Source: Flectobacillus longus (GTDB lineage: Bacteria > Bacteroidota > Bacteroidia > Cytophagales > Spirosomataceae). From it: a DNA stretch of 64,000 bases. Shown here one piece after another: positions 58,461-64,000 of the stretch. The translations under genes and the position numbers were made by a program. The stretch is from the NCBI RefSeq assembly GCF_030056705.1, contig NZ_JASHIC010000012.1, positions 986-64,985 on the forward strand, written 5' to 3'. Position 1 is the first letter of the stretch. Every line of letters begins with the position of its first letter. The notes under the pieces were generated by a model. The model searched no databases, was not told the origin of the DNA, and saw only the letters and a list, made by a program, of their open reading frames with translations.

Positions 58461-59750
58461 ATGAAATACTTACCGATAGATAGTCAACTGTTTGTAACAA
58501 ACAGAGCTAGATTAAACCAGCTATTGAAACCAAAAGGTATAGCGATTTTCAACTCAAATGACATTATGCCGACCAATGCTGACGGTACAATGGGCTTCAG
58601 ACAAAACTCTGATTTGTTTTATTTGAGTGGTATCGATCAAGAAGAAACGATTCTTTTGTTGTTTCCAGATGCTCCAGACCCACGTATGAGAGAAATTTTA
58701 TTCTTACGTGAAACTTCTGATGTGATTGCAGTTTGGGAAGGATACAAATACACAAAAGAACACGCAAAAGAGGTTTCTGGCATTGAGACAATCTATTGGA
58801 CTAGCCAATTCGAGCAAGTTTTGACTACCTTGGTATTTGAGGCAGAAGCCATTTATCTCAATACCAACGAACATATCCGTAATAGTTCTGAGGTACAAAC
58901 ACGCGATGCGAAGTTTATCAACTGGGTAAAAGACCGTTATCCTTTACACCGTCTTGAGCGTGTGGCTCCATTGATGCACCATCTACGTGTTATCAAAAAT
59001 CCTGTAGAGATTGCGCAACTCAACGAAGCTATTCGTATTACAGAATTAGGTTTTAGAAAACTCTTGAATTTTGTAAAACCTGGTGTTACAGAATACGAAG
59101 TAGAAGCAGAACTTATCCATGAGTTTGTAAGAAATCGCTCAAAAGGATTTGCATATCAGCCAATTATCGCTTCAGGTGCCAATGCTTGTGTATTGCACTA
59201 CATCGAAAACAGCCGTATTTGTAAAGATGGAGATTTGTTGTTGTTGGACGTAGCAGCCGAATATGCTAACTACAATGCGGACTTAACGCGTACTATTCCT
59301 GTCAATGGTCGTTATACAGCTCGTCAGCGTGCAGTATATGATGCTGTTCATCGTGCTTTCAAATTCGCTAAATCTATCATGCAGGTAGGTGTTTTATGGA
59401 GTGAATACCAACACGAAGTAGAAATGTTCATTGAATCTGAATTGATTGGACTAGGTTTATTTGATAAAACTGATGTAAAAAATCAAAATCCAGAATCTCC
59501 TTTATTCAAAAAATACTTTATGCACGGAACATCACACCACTTAGGTTTGGATGTGCATGATGTATGGAGTCGCTACCGTCGTTTTGAGGCTGGAATGGTA
59601 TTTACAATTGAGCCTGGGATTTATATCCAAGAAGAAGGTCTGGGAGTTCGTCTCGAAAATAATATCCTTGTTACTGAGGATGGTAATCTCGATTTGATGG
59701 GAAGCATTCCAATGGAAGCTGACGAAATCGAAAGCTTAATGAATGCCTAA
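58461..59750 (+). CDS. pepP: Xaa-Pro aminopeptidase (M24B family)
   Basis: 429 aa. N-terminal creatinase/prolidase domain. M24 metal ligands (…DLLLLDVAAEYANYNAD…, …HGTSHHLGLDVHD…, …FTIEPGIY…LENN…). Confidence 0.85.
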   Translation: MKYLPIDSQLFVTNRARLNQLLKPKGIAIFNSNDIMPTNADGTMGFRQNSDLFYLSGIDQEETILLLFPDAPDPRMREILFLRETSDVIAVWEGYKYTKEHAKEVSGIETIYWTSQFEQVLTTLVFEAEAIYLNTNEHIRNSSEVQTRDAKFINWVKDRYPLHRLERVAPLMHHLRVIKNPVEIAQLNEAIRITELGFRKLLNFVKPGVTEYEVEAELIHEFVRNRSKGFAYQPIIASGANACVLHYIENSRICKDGDLLLLDVAAEYANYNADLTRTIPVNGRYTARQRAVYDAVHRAFKFAKSIMQVGVLWSEYQHEVEMFIESELIGLGLFDKTDVKNQNPESPLFKKYFMHGTSHHLGLDVHDVWSRYRRFEAGMVFTIEPGIYIQEEGLGVRLENNILVTEDGNLDLMGSIPMEADEIESLMNA

Positions 59751-59797
59751 AAAGGCACCAAGTGGCAAAGGCACAAAGGTACAAAGTGTCTTTGCAA

Positions 59798-59862
59798 TTT
59801 GGGATTTCAGATATTGGATTTCGGAAATGTTCGATTTTTTTCCGAAATCCAACATCCCAAAT
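59798..59862. repeat. 65-bp palindromic MITE-related fragment ATTTGGGATTTCAGATATTGGATTTCGGAAA…TTTCCGAAATCCAACATCCCAAAT
   Basis: Shares the GGATTTCGGAA / TTCCGAAATCCAACATCC core with the MITE copies at 22.8 and 24.7 kb. The downstream cactcaaaactcagcactcagcactcaaa resembles the flank of MITE copy B (24549-24578, reverse complement). Confidence 0.5.
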
Positions 59863-59906
59863 AAGTTAAAAACTCCTCACTCAAAACTCAGCACTCAGCA
59901 CTCAAA

Positions 59907-61121
59907 ATGCCTTTCCCGACTATTTTATTATTTGATTTAGATGCTTCTGGTCATCATTCTGAATATCTAGCACATTTGATTGAATATCAGTTAGAACATC
60001 GTCTTCCTATCAAATTAATAGCCTTGGTAAGTCCAAATTTTGCTTCGAAACACGTCAAGCTTACGCAAAGAACGTCGGTGGATGCTTCTGTTTTTGAGTG
60101 GAAATATATTTCTGAGGAAGAATTTCAGCAGTATCAAGCAGAAAGTAATATCATCAAACGTGGAGATTTTGAATGGGGATTATTCTGTAAATATGCTTCT
60201 CTATTTCAAGCCCAACATAGTGTTTTGATGTATCTTGACCATTTACAATTGGCGATTTTACAAAAAGGCAATCAAGCTCCTTGTACTTTTTCTGGCATAT
60301 TTTTTAGAACTACACTGACCAATTATCGTCCCGACTCTTGGAAAGAACGTATCAATTTTATTCGTAAAAAATGGATGCTTCGTGGGTTACTTTTTTCTAA
60401 AAAGTTGACCAATCTTTATTGCCTTGACCCCTTTGCAGCAGAGTATATTCAAGAAAAATGGCATAGTAACAAAGCATTGTATTTGCCTGACCCAGTCAAA
60501 ACCTATCCATTCCCAGCGGAAGCTCCCGCTTTGCTCCGACAACAGTTAGGTATTGAACCGCATCGTAAGGTATTTCTTATTTTTGGTTTTTTGGATGAAA
60601 GAAAAGGAATCATTCCAACGCTGGAGGCATTGCTTCAATTACCCCAAAAACAACAACAGGATGCTTGCTTACTGCTAGTAGGCGGCTGGACTGCCGAAGA
60701 AAAAAATCGTTTTGAGGAAAAATTAAAAGCGGTTGGAGCCGAAAACCACTTACAAATTGTTAAAGTTGATTATTTCGTAGAACCCGAACTAATTGAACAA
60801 TTCTTTGCACTTTCTGATGTAATTATGGGCTTGTATCAAAAACATATTGGTATGAGTGGTATCATGGTGCGCTCAGCTTTTGCCCAAAAACCGCTCTTAA
60901 CTTATAATTACGGTTTGATGGGAGAACTTACCCGAAGAAATCAACTGGGAATTACCGTAGAGCCAAATAATCAAGAAGAGTTACAAGAAAAAATACAATT
61001 TTTGTTAAGTCAATCAAAAACTGTCGGAAATCAGACCATGATGAAAGAGTTTTCTGACCATCATCAGGTAAAATTTTTCGCAGAATGTATCTTCAAAAAA
61101 AATAAAAAAATATTCTCCTGA
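59907..61121 (+). CDS. Putative glycosyltransferase (GT-B fold, GT1/GT4-like)
   Basis: 404 aa. The C-terminal half has a GT-B pattern (…LLLVGGW…, …E.GIMVRSAFAQKPLL…). Weak call. Confidence 0.45.
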   Translation: MPFPTILLFDLDASGHHSEYLAHLIEYQLEHRLPIKLIALVSPNFASKHVKLTQRTSVDASVFEWKYISEEEFQQYQAESNIIKRGDFEWGLFCKYASLFQAQHSVLMYLDHLQLAILQKGNQAPCTFSGIFFRTTLTNYRPDSWKERINFIRKKWMLRGLLFSKKLTNLYCLDPFAAEYIQEKWHSNKALYLPDPVKTYPFPAEAPALLRQQLGIEPHRKVFLIFGFLDERKGIIPTLEALLQLPQKQQQDACLLLVGGWTAEEKNRFEEKLKAVGAENHLQIVKVDYFVEPELIEQFFALSDVIMGLYQKHIGMSGIMVRSAFAQKPLLTYNYGLMGELTRRNQLGITVEPNNQEELQEKIQFLLSQSKTVGNQTMMKEFSDHHQVKFFAECIFKKNKKIFS

Positions 61122-61245
61122 AAATCAGGCACTTCAAAAAAACTTAGCCACTTTACACTTAGAGTTCTAAGGAATTTTCTTACCTTTGTATCCCGTAACC
61201 ATAGTTTCGGATTTTCTAAAATGAAATCTTCTTTGGGAAATCTGA

Positions 61246-62952
<1,707 letters not shown>

Positions 62953-62999
62953 CCTTTTGTAAAAAAATACAGCTAAAAAGCCAAGTTCTTTGTAATTTT

Positions 63000-63034
63000 G
63001 CACCGCCAAAGTCGAGGCGGTGCATTTTTATTTC
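63000..63034 (+). terminator. Rho-independent terminator of pyrG: TGCACCGCC-AAAGTCGA-GGCGGTGCA + TTTTTATTTC
   Basis: Perfect 9-bp GC-rich stem followed by a T-tract, 48 bp after the pyrG stop. Confidence 0.7.
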
Positions 63035-63182
63035 TTTACCATTCGATTTTGACGATTTTAAATATATTGAGGCTGTTTAAACTTTGGGAAATTGCTTGCG
63101 TAAGCAATGAATTTATACTGTTACTATTTGAGCGAATCGAGGTGGAACGCCACACCGATTATAAATTCTTGACTTTCTTTTG

Positions 63183-63214
63183 CTACTTTTCTTGTGTCAA
63201 GACAAGAAAAGTAG
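63183..63214. promoter_or_regulatory. Near-perfect inverted repeat CTACTTTTCTTGT-GTCAAG-ACAAGAAAAGTAG in the yidC upstream region
   Basis: Read directly. 13-bp arms. Function unknown; it could be an operator or an RNA structure. Confidence 0.3.
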
Positions 63215-63406
63215 GGCTTTGCGAAGAGAAAAAATAGTATTTATATACAAACTAAACATTTATTTAACCTTATTCTCAATACGAAAAGACTAGCCAACAG
63301 TTACTTTTGTTTTTGCCACAAAATACCAAGGTCAAACTTTTAAATACTACAATTCCAAAAATAACTAGCCTTTTAAAAACGAAAGGCGCTTTTAAACAAA
63401 TACCAA

Positions 63407-64000
63407 ATGGATAGAAATCAAGTCACGGGGCTATTATTGCTGATGGGGATGTTGCTGGGGTACCAGTTTTTCTTTGCTCCGAAAGATGAACCAAAACAGG
63501 CGCAAAAAGCGCAAGTTGCTCAAACTACTATTCACAGATCTGCCGCTACAACAACTGTTGATACCGTTGCATTGAAAGCAGCAGCTGGTGATTTTGCGAC
63601 GGCAGCTACTGGCGTGGCGCAAGAGGTAGTTCTTGAAAACAAAGACATCAAAGTTACTTTCTCTACTAAAGGTGGTAAAGTAAAACAAGTATTGCTTAAG
63701 CATTACAAAACATATAATGACTTTGCAGCTCATAAAGAAAACCCTTTGACGATTTATGATGAAGCATTCGACAAACTTTCTTTCGAACTAGCTACTACAA
63801 AAGGTAATGTAGACATCAACAAGTTGTTCTTCACTACCCAATCAAAAGGTGGTGTGGTAGCTGAGGGTCAAAAACAATCTGTAACGTTCACATTGGCTCT
63901 AGCAAATGGTCAGTCTATCGAACAAACTTATACTTTGGCTGGTGAAGGTTTCTTAGTGGACCAAAATACACAGATTAAAGGTTTGGATGGTTTGTTGAAA
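63407..64000 (+). CDS. yidC: Membrane protein insertase YidC, N-terminal part (continues beyond window end)
   Basis: Manual translation gives MDRNQVTGLLLLMGMLLGYQFFFAPKDEPKQAQKAQVAQ…LENKDIKVTFSTKGGKVKQVLLKHYKTYNDF…. This is typical of the Bacteroidota YidC N-terminal TM helix and periplasmic domain. pyrG-yidC adjacency is conserved in the phylum. Confidence 0.8.
   Translation, partial: MDRNQVTGLLLLMGMLLGYQFFFAPKDEPKQAQKAQVAQTTIHRSAATTTVDTVALKAAAGDFATAATGVAQEVVLENKDIKVTFSTKGGKVKQVLLKHYKTYNDFAAHKENPLTIYDEAFDKLSFELATTKGNVDINKLFFTTQSKGGVVAEGQKQSVTFTLALANGQSIEQTYTLAGEGFLVDQNTQIKGLDGLLK

Overview
This 64-kb window is an AT-rich chromosomal segment. The gene content points to Bacteroidota, Cytophagia- or Sphingobacteriia-like. 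Supporting clues are pyrG-yidC synteny, a YidC N-terminus typical of the phylum, TAnnTTTG promoter motifs, and many GDSL, AraC and DUF1080 genes. About 45 protein-coding genes are supported and no rRNA, tRNA or CRISPR was found. Core genes include pgi, hisS, a pyruvate-dehydrogenase-type E2, hslV, 1-Cys peroxiredoxin, fabH, pepP-like, pyrG and yidC (partial). Accessory content, left to right: (1) A roughly 5-kb defense island at 7.3-12.5 kb sits between tag and a CMD/Crp pair. It holds an AbiL/RloAB-like ABC-ATPase + RloB (TOPRIM-like) pair bracketed by two direct copies of a 29-bp GC hairpin. It also holds a C-protein-controlled type II restriction-modification (RM) system: N6A gamma-class methyltransferase, a convergent small endonuclease, and an HTH controller with a GACT-type C-box. 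(2) A carbohydrate-related cluster at 14-24.5 kb encodes a GH2-like hydrolase, a DUF5107-TPR protein, AraC, an MFS sugar porter and an SGNH/CE12-like esterase. The esterase gene is flanked by two inverted copies of a roughly 150-bp MITE (miniature inverted-repeat transposable element). (3) The most novel-looking candidate is a tightly coupled three-gene operon on the minus strand at 54.5-57.5 kb. It encodes a stand-alone DUF262 (ParB/GmrS-like NTPase) protein, an ABC/AAA_21-type ATPase, and a 236-aa protein with no recognisable domain. It lies between housekeeping genes and is proposed as a candidate, possibly undescribed, anti-phage or genome-defense module. Several families of small dispersed repeats are also present: MITE fragments, a composite 'gtgatttagtgatt'-terminator element at 5 loci, and AAAGCTCCGTAG hairpins. 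No computation or database search was possible. All family calls rest on motifs read directly from the translations.
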